A stretch of 64,000 nucleotides of DNA from positions 37,882,001 to 37,946,000 of the forward strand of contig OZ260662.1 of the NCBI GenBank assembly GCA_965285935.1, read 5' to 3'. The notes under the pieces were generated by a model that was not told the origin of the DNA, did not search any database, and worked only from the letters and a program-made list of their open reading frames with translations. This document shows, piece by piece, positions 14,901-29,232 of the stretch. Position 1 is the stretch's first letter; each line of letters opens with the position of its first letter. Position numbers and translations under genes: made by a program. This stretch comes from Ophelia neglecta. Lineage: Eukaryota.

Positions 14901-17900
14901 GACCATTGGTTTAAGGATTCCTCGACTTTTCATAAAAAATAGACTTTAAATGTTTCCCAGACTTTCTGTGTGTGGTCCACTGTGTGCTTGTAATATCCCT
15001 TCTCTGGATTCTAATTACGTCAAGGCGTTCTGTCTCAAAGTCCCCGTAACAGAGTTCATAAAGAACTTGTTTGTCCACAGTAACGTTACAATTAGAGGTT
15101 AAAATGCCATTCCTTTATATTTATAACACTCAACCTTGACGGTATTGCGGTACCCAGAAGGGAGAAGGCAGGTTCCCGCAAGCAAAATCAATAGGAGAGC
15201 CTCGTGTTTTGCGTTTTTTTTTGTGTTATTATACTCGTGACACATGACAGGTATTAACTCTTCTTCTACCATTGTCAACTGTAATCGACATTTACCTTCC
15301 TTCACCACTGTCGAATATAGTCAACAAAAACACCTGCTGAATGCACTTGTTGTACATGTGGTAAGCGACCTTTGTTTAATGAAATAATTAAAGATATCTG
15401 CATTCCGAAATTAAAGAAAAGAAAATACCAGAACAATATTTAACACGCTCGAATACAATATTTTGAACGATTTAGGGCAGTTAAATTACAATATTACAAT
15501 ATTTCTTGACATTTTATAGAATACGTTTAGAGTTTTCTAAGCGGCCTTGTTTTCCAGACAAATAACTAGTCCGGGGGAGTCCATGGACGGCCACAAATTT
15601 ATTGTTAATGGCGATTTACGGCTAAGACCATCGTTGAATCTCCAAGATCACATTTCATCTGTGTTCTATGTTGGCCAGTGACTGGTTTGTTGTGTTATTC
15701 TAGCCCGCATGGCGAAAAAACTGATCAATTTTATCTTTTCAAATATTATTGTATGCAATACAAACCTATGTGCTGTTGGGGGGCTGTGGATTGGTTTGTT
15801 TGTTTGTGTTGATGTGGCTGCTTATACCTGATGATTTTGGACTGATTAGATGGACTATTCAAAACTTGTGATTTGGCTGTGTCTGCCACGTATCCACTCT
15901 GTTATTTGGGCTAGTCTGGTCCTTCACTGAGCTATCTTTACCTATTCAGTGCGACTTCCTGGAGAATTTTCTGAGACTTCTATGAGACATTTTTTCCGAG
16001 TGTTTTTCTGCATAGGTCTTCGCTAAGGCTTACCAGAGGCCAGGCATTCAATCTGATGCCACTCAATTAATAAATATGCAAATGATTGGCTTTTAGAAAC
16101 GTTTCCCCGTACACACACCTTCAATACCATTTAGATAATCTTTTTAACTTAAATTGATCCTGAGCTAGCCCTACGTGTTACTAAGTCCAAACAGAAAGGA
16201 ATGTTCTTATACAGGTATGGCTATACATTTAAGCAAGATAACTTCTTACACAAACTAACAGTTCTTATGAGATTTAGTCATTTTACCATTTGGAGGCAAT
16301 TCTTCTTGTCAATTTTTCTGTTCAAAAGAAAATTCCTCGACCTGCCAACTTTCAATTATTAAAGCCATATAATTCCTAGTACTTAACATTTATTTTAAGC
16401 CACACATGAAGTACATTCCTTAATATACATAAAATTGCTTCTTATCATGATTGTAATGACTTATTGGCCGCCGCATTATAATTCGTAACACAGACCTTAT
16501 ATTATTATAATATCATCTCCTCAAAAAAAGCCATAGTCTCTTGTTTACGGTATTGTTAATTTATTGTTTTGCAAATGTAAGAAATGTGAATCGAAATACA
16601 TACTGTCTCATTTAAGTCGGAACATTTATTCATATTAAAAAAACTCTAATCCTAGTGGAATATTTGGCATAAAACTAATATCAATTATACATTATCTTGA
16701 GTTTATTTTTCAAGCTAAATAAGAAATGTTTTGTAATCAGAATTTTTGCTTCTCTCGAGTGATTGTGAATTTGGTCCCTATCTAGATCTATCTGGGAATG
16801 AAGACGGCGTTCCGAGCCTTTTTGCTGCCGGCATAAATGGAATAAAGCTAGTTCGGAACAAACAGAATGAAACTTTCACGATAAAGATAAAACATTAAAC
16901 CTAAAGAAGATCCTACCGCAGGAAATAGAAATGCCATTTTAACCATACTTCATATCTTTATTCTCCATATCTAAATATTGTATTGTAGAAAGATAGAGCA
17001 ACACTAAGCTGCGTTCCGTCACAAAAGGTGATTCATGCCCCAATTTGACGGGAGATTCTCCCATCGGGGACCTGCTGGGAATTTATAGCCGCTGTCCCTC
17101 TACCAAACTGTCAGGAAACTCCATACTGTCAGGCGAGTCCGGATACCCTCACGGAGATTGCTCGCAGAGACAGCCCAACAACGATTGATTAAACTATCAA
17201 TCAAAGCCTTCTCTGGCCTTTTTCTCTCACGACCTTTCCTAAGTCGCTCGTAGGATAAATGTTAAATGTGTCGCTGAGAATGCCTCTTGGATAAATCATG
17301 ATTGTTTGATGTGACGTTTTAGTCTTGTCATGCGTGACGTGACCTTGGAGCCACTAAAAAATCCCCAAATACTGTCTGTAATTCCTTGTGTGTACTAAAG
17401 TAAGCTCAGTGAAAGAAGGAAGAACAGCAAAAAGAGTGGAGCAAACTTAACCCAAAGGGCTGGAGCCATTTAAAGAAGGTTCTATGGCGACTCATTGGGC
17501 CAGTGTTCGTAATGTAGGAGCGTGGTGGTCGGTGTAACAATGTGCAAATCATTTTACTAACTGGGGATGAAACACAAGAAGGCTGGCTAGGAAACACATT
17601 AGTCACAACTATACCATCCTCTCCACCGACTAGCTATTGTGGTTTCCAATACAAGGCTCCTACTTTATCTTTACTGGCCTATTTTCCCGGGCTCTTTTAA
17701 CATTCGAGTCGATATAGGGTATATGTGATTTCTACATAGTGTACAGCACGAACATGGATTGAGAAATATTAAACCATTGTTATTATTATGTATTACACGT
17801 ACACTCATATTTATTTTATAAATGATTTAATGATGTCACATACTCTTCCTTACAGTCCATGCACCATTGTCTCTAAGTAAACACTCTTCAAGGAGAAGAC

Positions 17901-18146
17901 TTAATAAAGTGATAAATGTCTGTGAATTAAGATATTGATGGCTGATCCATTACTCCAGAAGGTTTTGACTTCTTTACTGCTGTAAAAAGCTCCCCATTTT
18001 TATCTTTCAGAGCCGTCAATAAATTAAACGTTAACTGGTCTGGCCCCCGACACTTTCAGCTGCAGGCTGCCAGACTTTCAAATCCGCTCCACGCTATTCG
18101 TAGAACATAAAGACTGCTGGCCCAGTATGACGACAAAAGTCCCCTA

Positions 18147-18210
18147 GAATAACAGGACTTATAAACAAAGGCTTCTAGGGGAATTACAGGACTTATAAAC
18201 AAAGGCTTCT
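18147..18210. repeat. Local tandem duplication (34-bp period; 25-bp exact core ACAGGACTTATAAACAAAGGCTTCT)
   Basis: Copies at 18152 and 18186. Confidence 0.9.
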
Positions 18211-20646
18211 TCGACCACAAACGCTCCCTCGATTAGCTTTATTTGTGGTTCTTTAATTGGAAGTTGTATCGTTCTGGAAGTGACATACTCATATATTTCA
18301 ATGACTAGCTGAGAAAATCACCTCCTAGGATATACACTATTGTGTTTACACACATAACGACTCCTTATTACATCTGTACAGTAAAATTCTATAAAATAAT
18401 ATATTCAAGCCAATCATAATTTAATGACTAGGCCTATTTGTTAATAACTAATAATGATTACGCAAAGTGTCTCATTGGTAGTCGAATAGCTAGTCAAATA
18501 GTTTACGACGGTTGGTACAAATAGTTGTAATCCTAAGACAAAACAAAAGAATTCTCTTTTTTCTCTCAGTTTTTATTCAAATTATTTGAAAGACTCAACA
18601 ACGACGAACGCCACTTCACTTGTCATTCATATTGGCCATTTAACCCAGGCAAGGCAGTTACGAGCAGCCTTCGCCAATGGAAAATAGCCTCCTTTAAGGG
18701 AGAGGACATTAATTTTCAATAGAAAATGCCATTTTTAATGGATAGTGTACTTTAAACAAAGAGAGCTCTCTCTATCCAATGGAGATGAACTACGCCTAGT
18801 GCACGTAGCAAAGGGTGATCTTGCGCTGGTGCCGCGCGAGACCGATACCATTTCTTGGCAGAAAACCTGACACAATGGAAGTACGAAGTATTCTTTCTCG
18901 ATGGTAGACATCAGTTCTAATCCAACATATGATTTGCCAACAGTTGATAAATAGTTGCTTAATAAATGTACAAAGAGCAATAAAAAAAACAATTTTTCAA
19001 TAGAAACGAGCCTTTTCCAATGGAGATAACTCTTTCTTTGTCATCAATTTGTCAGTATTCTTTGGTTGTTCCTGTCGAGAATAGTTATAGCGAGAAGACA
19101 AAATTGGCAAGCGTCATCAATTGTAAGCTAAGTACATGTAGGTCACCTAAACTTTCATTCAATTTGATAAATGTGGAACCCGTTTAACACAAGTCAAGTA
19201 GTTGAATTATGTTCGCTGTTTACTGTAGAGGAAATTGGGAGGTACGGCCTTTATAAATATCAACATAACTTTGACATGCCAAGAGTAGTTTAAAGTGAGT
19301 GCATGCCATTTTAAAGCTATGATGAATTACTGACAAATCACTGCCGTTTCTGATAAAGTCATAAATGGTATAAAGTGGTTGATTGGGTATATTAGGAAGC
19401 AGGCAACTTAATTTATCCTGGAATATTCAAGCTCAGGTCTCAATGGGCCACTTTTCATCAGGTGTGTCTTAGCGTTGTGTTATCACTAAGATTATATATA
19501 CGCTATGCCGTGATGTGCATGAAAAACACAGGAACGAGTTTGATGATCTCTTCTACATCATTGTAGCCACAGGTAGTTCTTCAGAATTATTTCTCATACC
19601 CTTAGACTTGGAATTAAAAATCGCCATGGGGCTATGAACAGTTAGTAAAAAAGGGTAAAAGCACAGTAAAGGGATATAACGTGTTTTCCCTACCCAGGCG
19701 GTGATTTGGGCCTGTGTAACAAACATTTTCTATAAAGACACATTTAAGATAAAAACAAGTAAAAATAAACAAAGAAACTCACGTGTAGTGAAATAAGACT
19801 CCTCCAGGTTTTAAAATGACCTTTCAATAAACTAAGTCATGATCACTTACATAAATGATTGATATTATCTTTTTTTATCATTATTCTAGACCCCAGTGCT
19901 AACCCCTACTGACATTTAGACAGAGGCTTGGACCTTCATATACTTATGAAATAATTCAATACCATCATATGTATAATGTTTAATCACAAGATGATTCCAC
20001 GACATATTTAGATGGTGATTCAACTAACAATGATAAATCAAAAGGTCGGTGATTCGGCCATGTACTTCCTTGTCCTGTCATTCAGAGATGGCTGACGAGA
20101 GACAAAAGTTTGGAGGCAGTACCGATTATAAACAGGTTGGATCGTGAAACTCAAATGTAAGGTCCCTAGCTCAGAGATCAATATATTAACGTCGACAAGA
20201 CTGCATTTTGGTCTCATCGACATACAGATAAACCAGCTCCTGGGTGTCATTTATAATACGTTATTCGAGAAACTAACAACAATCTCACATATAAAAAAAT
20301 TCCATCGTAACTAGATCTGTTTTTTGTTCTGTTTGGTGCCGAAGCAGATTGAAGTCTTAGAGCAGCTTTCAGCCGGCTCATAACAGCATATCTATGTGGA
20401 CAGACAATTGTAGCCTATAAAAGCGAAATCATCTTTAAGTTGTCAAGAGGGTGATTCTGAGAAATATCAAAAACGAGATGTACTATTGTTAAGTCAGCTA
20501 GTTTGAAACGGGTTTGCTTTGAATCTTAAAATATCCTTACAAAGATAAACAACTTAAGCGAATTTGCAAAAGAAGCTATCCATAACATCAGGGGTAACAG
20601 ATTTGTCGAACATTTTGTGTACAATTCATATTGCTGCGCCATTTAA

Positions 20647-21113
20647 AGGGGGTGTTAGACCTTCTTTGGTTTCGGAAATTTGCAACACTAGTAATAGAAC
20701 ACAACGGGTTTCAAACTATTGCTTATAATTCATTACATTGAAATGTAATTGTCTGACCAAGCGTCTTTCCAAAATGCAAGACTATGTGAATGTAAGCTTG
20801 TTTTGTCATTACTGTGCACTTGGACGATTGCAGCACAGCACCAATCTTTGATTCTTTTGGTGCTCAAACCAAGTCCAATTCAATGCTTTGGATTATCATA
20901 ATTGAGCCAATTGGGTATGCTAATTTACCAGCATACTTAGCTTAATTGTTGAGTGAACCAACCTTTTTATGAAAAATTTATCTACAGAGTATTATATCCA
21001 CCTGAAATATTAGGGAATAGATTGCAGTTCGAAGTAGGATTACACTGATTTTGAATAAATTGACAATGTCATGAAGGTAGTTAATTACATTATTTTAAAG
21101 TGACTTCGACCCT
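20647..21113. mobile_element. Possible Kolobok-like non-autonomous element (TTAA|AGGG...CCCT|TTAA)
   Basis: Only 4-bp TIRs plus TTAA flanks, which could be chance. Confidence 0.3.
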
Positions 21114-23609
21114 TTAAGCCTAATTACTATAGCGTCACGTTTGGCCTTACTACTGAGCCAGAGTGAAAATGGCATAAATCCGTATCCAGTAATTTTCCCT
21201 GAACATGAACTCGCTTCCAGTCGGCACTAAAAGCACCTTCTTTATTACCCTCATCATCGCCAAACAGGAGTCATCAGTCGGTTTGAGCCCCGCCTGCCAC
21301 TTCAAGTCACTTTTTAAGCACTGTTCAAATACATAAGACACGACACTCGCATACCAAAAGGGGCTATCTAGCAGTGATTAGCGGAAAAAAGCCTTTAAGC
21401 TTATGTTCGAAGAGCTATTTCTTTCAATTTTACCCCACCATACGGAATTTGTGAGAATGTAGATAAAAAGTGTAAGTAGATGGACCTGCCAGTATCACCG
21501 ATACTGTTCAAAGTATCATGCAAACTTTGTATGCAGAACTGGAAATCGGTGTCGAGAAGATTTTTCTATCATAAATCGTGTCCGAAGAGAGTTGTATAAA
21601 TGAAGCATAGTCTTGCCAGCCTCTCCGGCATAACTCAAATCACCAAGAAGTATGAATATGTGTCTACTTGTGCAACTGTCAATGACCTCGTCTATCGCGC
21701 AATAGTACAGCATGCAGCATTAACAATGGCTCGAGCCGCACAATAACGCAGAAACTCTATAATGTAGATAGAATCGACAAGCGCTTCCCTTCTTCTCAAA
21801 TCCAAAAACTGCGATGCATATAAGCTTAGTAGGTTATCAATGGGTTCATTCATGTTAACAGGCATTCGAATATGTCAGATATTTGCTGACGACATGAACT
21901 CTTACTATACATAAGAAGGTTATATTTTCGACATAATCCTACACCGGTTTTACTTCTAATTATATATAGAAACGCGTCTGATATACTTCCTTCAGATTCA
22001 ATGTTTTGAAGCTAGAATTATTAGCTCAGCATGTGTATCAATTTTGTTTGTCCTCAAAAAATGTTAAAATGACAATGATTGAAAATCAAAAGATAAAATT
22101 GATATCGATTGTCATTTGCAAAGTTTCTTGATAGGCAATCATGAGGAAAATTGATTTCTGTGAACCAAACCTAATCAATGAAAAGGCCTCATCAGTGATA
22201 AACGAGTTCACTGATTGGCCAATCAAGGAAATGCTATCCGTAGATATGCGGTGTTAAGCTGGAGGAGCATTTCCGGTCGCCATTTTGAGCATGGTAATGC
22301 TGCCAGCGTGGTTCCAGTTAAGGTCATTAGGGCTCTGAAATAGACGAAGCCAGTCCAACAAAATACTAAATATCAAAATGATGCATTGATTTCTGTTCCT
22401 TCTTCGTGGATGAGGAATTGGGAAAGATTCATTATCTTAGGTTGAGCCAACAACCCTGATTGATGGGGTTGGCTTTAAAAATAAATAAAATTTGTTTATT
22501 ATGTTGATCTTACGCGCTCGGCGCCTTTCCAATGACATATATGTAGACTGAAAGCAGAAAAATATGTTGTTTATTCATTTATGAATTGTATAAGCCTTAT
22601 TGAATAGGGCAAACCATCAAAACGTATTCAACACAACCGACTCTTTATTTCCTCAATTAATCCCTTGTGCAAACGCCACAGAGGAATTAGCGCATGAATG
22701 GTAACACAATGAAAAACTTGTTTCCGTGGGCACATTCTTCCATCGATCGAACAGTCGAGAGAAGATACTGGCCCAGTCATCAAATCGCAGTTTCATAGCG
22801 GTACTAAGCACCTTAGTGTCATCACCAACATGCCCCAGTGCCACTTTAAAAGCGAGACAAAATGCCTCAAAGGCAACGCTGATTGTAGAGTATTGGCAGA
22901 TGGTATCAAGTTCCAAACAGGCTTTTCGAATGAATATTTTTGCAAACCAAATCTTGTATTGCATAGATTGTGACATGCGATGATTCCAATGCCTTCCTAG
23001 GACCCGGTACTGGACGTGTTTATGTTATTGTCGTCTAGTGAAGATTTGTCTTTATCACGTAATTCTAGATTACATTATTTTGCACAAGGGACACTTGAGG
23101 CAAATAAACAGACGAGACCACAAACCTATAATTATATTGCTTATATAATAGATCTGATTCCCCTGATCGATGGACAAATGAAAAAGCTTTCAGAGTTGAT
23201 CCCGTCGAGGTACTCTATACGTATGCTGGTATGTGGTGAGACAACCTCCAGGTTGGCTGAGCAGACGGCTCTTTTGAATTGCAAGCTAGTCAAACAACAG
23301 CACGTGTCTCAGAATACTTGAGTGACAGTCAGTAGACCAATGGCAAGACATTACTGTCTTTTCTGCGTTATTTCGATGCAGTCTTTGTCGTAATGGACAG
23401 TGGAAGCCTTCATGGACAATAGTCTCTTTTGATGATCCTTCGTACATTTAAATGGTGTTACCTTTACGTCAGTGAGTCTTCTGAAGAGAACAGAGCCATA
23501 AAATAAACTTCATGGTAGGCTTTTGTCTCATAAGTTCCCTTTATGAGAATACAGTTATTGAGCACGAAGACATTTTTGGAAATAACCTGTGTCTCCGTAA
23601 TAATACTTT

Positions 23610-24243
23610 CTGCACGTTAGCTCGGCCCCTGCACGTTACCTAAGCCCTTTCACGTTAGCTCGGCCTCTGCACGTTACCTAAGCCCTTTCACGTTAGCTCG
23701 GCCCCTGCACGTTACCTAAGCCCTTTCACGTTAGCTCGGCCTCTGCACGTTAACCTTTCCCCTGCACGTTAGATCCACCACTGGATGTTAGCTCCGTCCC
23801 GGCACGTTACCTAAGTCCCTTCAAGTTAGCTCGGCCCCTGCACGTTAGCTCGGCCCCTTGACGTTATAGTTCCGCCCGTGCACTTTGGTTCCGCCCCTGC
23901 ACGTTACCTCAGCCCCTGCACGTTAGCTCGGCCTCTGCACGATAGCTCTTCCCCCGTACGTTATATCCGCCCCTGCACGTTAGATCCGCCCCTGCACGTT
24001 AGATCCACCCCTTCACTATAGCTCCGCCCCTGCACCTTAGCTTGGCCTCTGCACGCTATCTCTTCCCCGCACGTTACCTCAGCCCCTGCACGATAATTCT
24101 TCCCCCGCACGTTAGATCCGCCCCTGCACGTTAGATCCACCCCTTCACTATAGCTCCGCCCCTGCACCTTAGCTCGGCCTCTGCACGGTATCTCTTCCCC
24201 GCTCGTTACCTCAGCCCCTGCACGTTAGCTCCGCCCCTGCACG
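23610..24243. repeat. ~19-bp minisatellite (consensus CCCCTGCACGTTAGCTC(G/C)G), ~33 units, with higher-order structure
   Basis: Tandem units are seen directly, with a 38-bp dimer early in the array and a ~132-bp seven-unit block duplicated at ~23975 and ~24107. Confidence 0.95.
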
Positions 24244-27200
24244 GTAGTCCCTTCAAGGTGAAAATTTACCAGATATTTGTTCTTGCGTATATCTTCTGCC
24301 CATGCATTTAACATATGGCACACAGCAGGAAGTATTATTTTGGTTCTTTAACTATTAGTGTAGTTACTAGTTACCAACCATGGACCCATCGGAGTTTTTT
24401 TAAGAAAATAAAAACCGCCTTGTAAAAACATACATTGGTTAAAGCGTCATGACTTTCAGAACATGAGCCTATTTGTATATATATTTTGTTAACTAAACAA
24501 GTGGAAAACCATCTAACACTGCCCCACAGTCATCGAATAGTTCTCCCCATATCCTCATTGGTCTAAATATAAAACTAGCAATATGATTGCATATGTATAA
24601 AGTCCCATCACACGAATGCAAATGATATTGAGCTGGCAAAAGAGGGAATCAAGGCATCGGTACTAACTTTAATATTTATTATAACCCTTATACCCTATAG
24701 AAAACAGGAATTCTTCACAGACCTGACCTTCCTTACAACGCAAATTCGGCTTATTGTGTTTTTTGTGTCTAGGCACTGGATACTGTCATGCACGTCATCT
24801 CACCAACGATGAAAGTTGACCTCTGCTGGAGATCCCAGGTTATCAGCAACAACCATCCAGCAAAGCATACCACTAGTGACGTGGTGTCATGAAAGAGCAA
24901 TACTCGGGGGGAGAGGCTGGCATACATCGACTAAACTGGCCTACTTCACAAAAACAAAACACGGCCGGAGAATGAAGTAACATTGAGCCGTTCGACCTTT
25001 TACAGTGCCATTACAAGTGCTAATGACAGTAATTGACACCCAAACATCTTCATGTACGTTCCCATGATAAAGGAAATGAGCATGTTCAGACAGTCATTTC
25101 CACTTAATAATCGTGATATTGAGTGTTTGCAGGGAGCAGTCACGAAACATTGACATTGCGCAGTTTTGTATTCGTTTGTCAGCGAAATTGTAAATCATCT
25201 AAAAAGAACATGAATGATTTTACATTATTCGACAGAAGAGTTCATCTCTTTTAGTCTGACATTTACTGCTTGAGAATGATACTTGTCCGCGAGGCCAAGC
25301 TAGTTTTAGTTTCAGACGACATTAAAGCGCAATCCAACACGCTGGATATATCGCTCAGCCTCATAGAGCCTGCTAGTACCCCCTAGACAGCATCTGGCGG
25401 CTATATCTTTATCAACACTGTCCAGCAACCTGAAAAATCTCTCTAGGGTAAAAGTAAACAAACCAAAGCTCAGAGTGGTTGAAAGACTTATAATCACGCT
25501 TCATTCTGGGATCTGTTCAATCTGGGGCACTTTTTTGATTGGCCTATAAATAGATTGTTACCCATAGATTGGTGCTTTGGACGACCTTACCGCAAGTTAT
25601 TTCGGCCTTATGTGGGTATTTTGTTGATGAAAATTCTTTTCGAGTGCAAAACTACTGAAATTGAACCAAATCGAGGACCACAAGTTGAGCTGTATTACAG
25701 CGTAAACTGCCACGTACTAGCCTACACATTGTCGCACTAGTTTTGGCCATGGCTGACAATGGCATATAACTGAAACGTAAGCCGAACATTAAAAAAATGG
25801 CAAAGTCTAAAAAATATTTCTATATCTAACATTAGTCTCTCAATTTCGAGACCGCGGAAATGATCATAGACTCTCCAAGGGCATAATTAATCTCTGTCCT
25901 ATGCTTACTGACACCTTTGTTTTGTGTTCTGAAAATCATGGAAACTCTTCGCATTTGCAATTTGCATTACACGTTTATTTACTGCTTGGGACCTGGGGAA
26001 TGATGTATTGATGTTTTTGGGGCTGTGTCTGTTGATCCCGTATAGACTAAGACTAATGGATTATTCTAGATAATTGATTTAACTCTGTTTGCCGGGTAAC
26101 AACTCCCGTTTTCCCATCCTAGTGCTGACTCTCATGCGGCTGCTAGCACTCTCGTTCTCCGTCTCCTCCTTCTGCCAATCTTCGTGCTGACCCCCACATA
26201 CCTTTGACTTTCCTGGAATGTATGCCTAATCTGTGAACCACACGTTGTTATACGAACAAATGAGCGCCCATAGGCCTACTATGCCACCGTATTTCTGATA
26301 TACGCCACTGTGGGACAGGGCCATTAAAACCTTTTTTAGCGTATAATATACGCTGTGACGTACTTTGTGTAATATCTTTACCAGAAGGCCATGTTTCATT
26401 TTAACACAATTGTGTTCTTAGTTGGTCGACTTCGCTGACAGCTTTTAACGACACATTCGCAGCTGTAAAAATGAGAATCTCAAGAGGGCAGACATGCTAG
26501 TGTGAACCTATAGATCATTGAGGGAGGTTTTCGTGACTTCTAACTGGCCAATCATATTTCACGTGAAACGTAGAATGTGTTGTGTTTTTAGTTGGGTGGA
26601 CACCAATTGGTATTTTAAAAGCTCAAGTCAATGCCCCCTAGCTTTTTAGTTCTTATGTTACGCGGAAGAGTTCCACAGGTTTTAACTTAAGAAGTTCATT
26701 GGGGTATGGCCGTGATATTCAAACCTCAAAGGAGTTTTTCTTCTACCGTATTGTACATCGTTAAGACTTTGACCACGCATGGCTTATGTGAATCAGTTTC
26801 TTCTGGAACGATTTGGTTTGATGAAGTGTACCAAATCTTTAAAATATGTACTTTTTGCCATTTATTTTACCAAATGGGTTTTTAGGTCTTTTTTTTGTAT
26901 TCTTGATTATGTTACGTGAAAACCTCCTTAACAGTGGCCATTTTATTACCAACCAGTCTCCCATTCTCAGGGACTAGCGCGAGATCCCCATTTTTGTCTT
27001 CTATCTGTTCCACAAGTCTTGAAAATTCTATATTCTGCATAAGAAGTTTTTGACAATTGTATCAACATATCATGAAAATAAGACAAACCACAGGGTGTAT
27101 ATCAAACAAAATTTTAACTTGAAACTTATTGATAAAATTTCAGAAAGTGATAACAAAAAGGTAGACAATTTTGTTTGTATTATAAGGATGATTCCCCTAA

Positions 27201-29081
27201 AGGTTCTTCATAATTTGTAACATATGCATGTTAATGTTACAACTTACAAATAGTAATATACATTTAAAAAAAAACCCTTAGGCAAGGATTAAAAGCACGA
27301 CTTAGTACCAGAGAGATGTTATTAAACATCGTATGTTGAGCATTTCTATACAAAATATTCCCCATTTCGCCTATTTATTAGAAGCGGCACATTCAATTTT
27401 TGCATGGCAAACATCGTAAGCACGAGTTATGAGTCCGATTATTATAGTCGAATAAGAATAACTGGTACCTGCTGGTACTCAGATTACTCATAAATAATGA
27501 AGTCTAATTGGCGAGTTCACATCTGGCTTTTTTTGTACGTGTGTCTATGAATATTGCCTTATTAGCAGACATGAGTAGATGGCAAATCGTACCACAAATT
27601 AATATTGACTGGCGCACGTCTTCGTCGTCAGAATGTTCCACCTTTGGCAGACAAGTCCTGTGACCTCGCCTGTGACCTTGGCAGGAGAAGCCTTGTTGCT
27701 GTCAGCGACAAGACAGAGTTAATTGAAGTTTCGGAATCAGTTCATCATCAACTACAATAAAGAGCTTATGCAGTCATGATGCTACTGTCGCTGACCATGT
27801 TGTCGTTCCATGTTCTTTCAGAGAATTATGACATTTTTTTGTGATCTTGTCACTTTCAAATTTGGCTTAATGAATCTGTTGTAAGATTGGGACAGGGTAA
27901 GTTTTGATGGCTTGCTCCTGACATGGTAGCCTAATTTTCAGCCATGATCACATTTTAGTCCTGTTGATAATATATGCTTTCTAACAGAACCAACCTTCCA
28001 TATCGGTAAAGATAAAAATTAGTGAACAATGGGCGCTAAAAAATTAATCTTAAGAAGCTATTCTTTTAGTCTTTTATTTTCTTAATAGAGTTGTTCGTTT
28101 TGTCTTACTTGAGTAACATTGACCAGCCAAGGTCAATTATGCATAATATTTAGTAAATGAATATCGAATATTGCTTTTTTACAGTTTAGAAATGTCTCTA
28201 GAAAAGTAATTACATTAATTGATATAAAAAATTACATCGAACATATACTAATATTAAGAAACAATATGGCGTCATTTTAAAAGAAATAGTCTTCATTTAT
28301 GAAAAAATACGTAAATAGGTTTAGATGATTTAATGTGAAAATTGGTTCTAAGAATAGGAAAAACAAAAGGTATTGGTTAAGATTCCTCTTATTAGAGAAT
28401 AAACAGCAAGAATAGAAAAAAAAATTCGTTGCACTTTTCAGGGTTCTTCCCTATTTTTTAGTTCAGCACGGGATTTTCACCGTTTTGTTTATCTGAAAAG
28501 ATAATGAAGGCAATAGTTCTTTGACACTATATTTGCCAACACTTATCTTATTAGTATAGTTAGTGCAATGTCATATGATTTGTCCATTTTCACAAATAAG
28601 ACAATACTTCGTCATATCCGTGAAAATATATGGAACAATAACATTGTTCGAGAAGGTATAATGCTTATTATTGACAGAGCATTTGCCAACAAACAATTCA
28701 TTCGTCTTTAGACGCGACGTTTCACCCAAAGAATGATCTGAAAACGAAACCTTGGAACGCGACGAGATTAAGAGCAAAAATAGCGAAAGTCATTACTTAT
28801 GCATTCATGCAAACTAGGAACACTGGGAATGAACGTGACCACTGCTTTCAAAGGTAAGCTCAGCTGAAAGACAGCCACTTATGATTTGAGGCCAAAGGTC
28901 AAGCTTTACGAAGTGTACATCGAAATAAGCTGATGCAGTAAAAAAGTCACCGGTAGAAAACAATTATAGTTATCGCATGTTATTTGGGTTAAACTAGAAA
29001 ATACTACTTTCCATTTTTCTTATACCCCACAATATATTGGCCCATGCCAATGACCATTTTAATTTCTCAAGGTATTAACTA

Positions 29082-29232
29082 CAGTGACACCTGCCTTAAA
29101 TACCATCTCTCTACATTCAGATCACCTGTCAATTCAGACTACTTATATGAATGCCATACTGTACCCTCTCAATATATAATAATCTGTTTAAACAGACCAT
29201 CCTTTTCAAAAGCTCGGGCAGTCCCTTTTCGG
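29082..29232. mobile_element. Diverged, truncated copy of the same MITE family as 11749-11926
   Basis: TA|CAGTGACACCTGCCTT...CTGTCAATT...TAAACAGACCA...GTCCCTT is collinear with the 11749 copy. No clear right TIR. Confidence 0.6.

Noticed and set aside
21516-21713. ORF with DEVIDSC...ILLGDL, resembling a LINE APE endonuclease
   Set aside because: No other endonuclease motifs are recognisable nearby.
23961-24167. 68-aa repetitive ORF
   Set aside because: It is a translation of the minisatellite.
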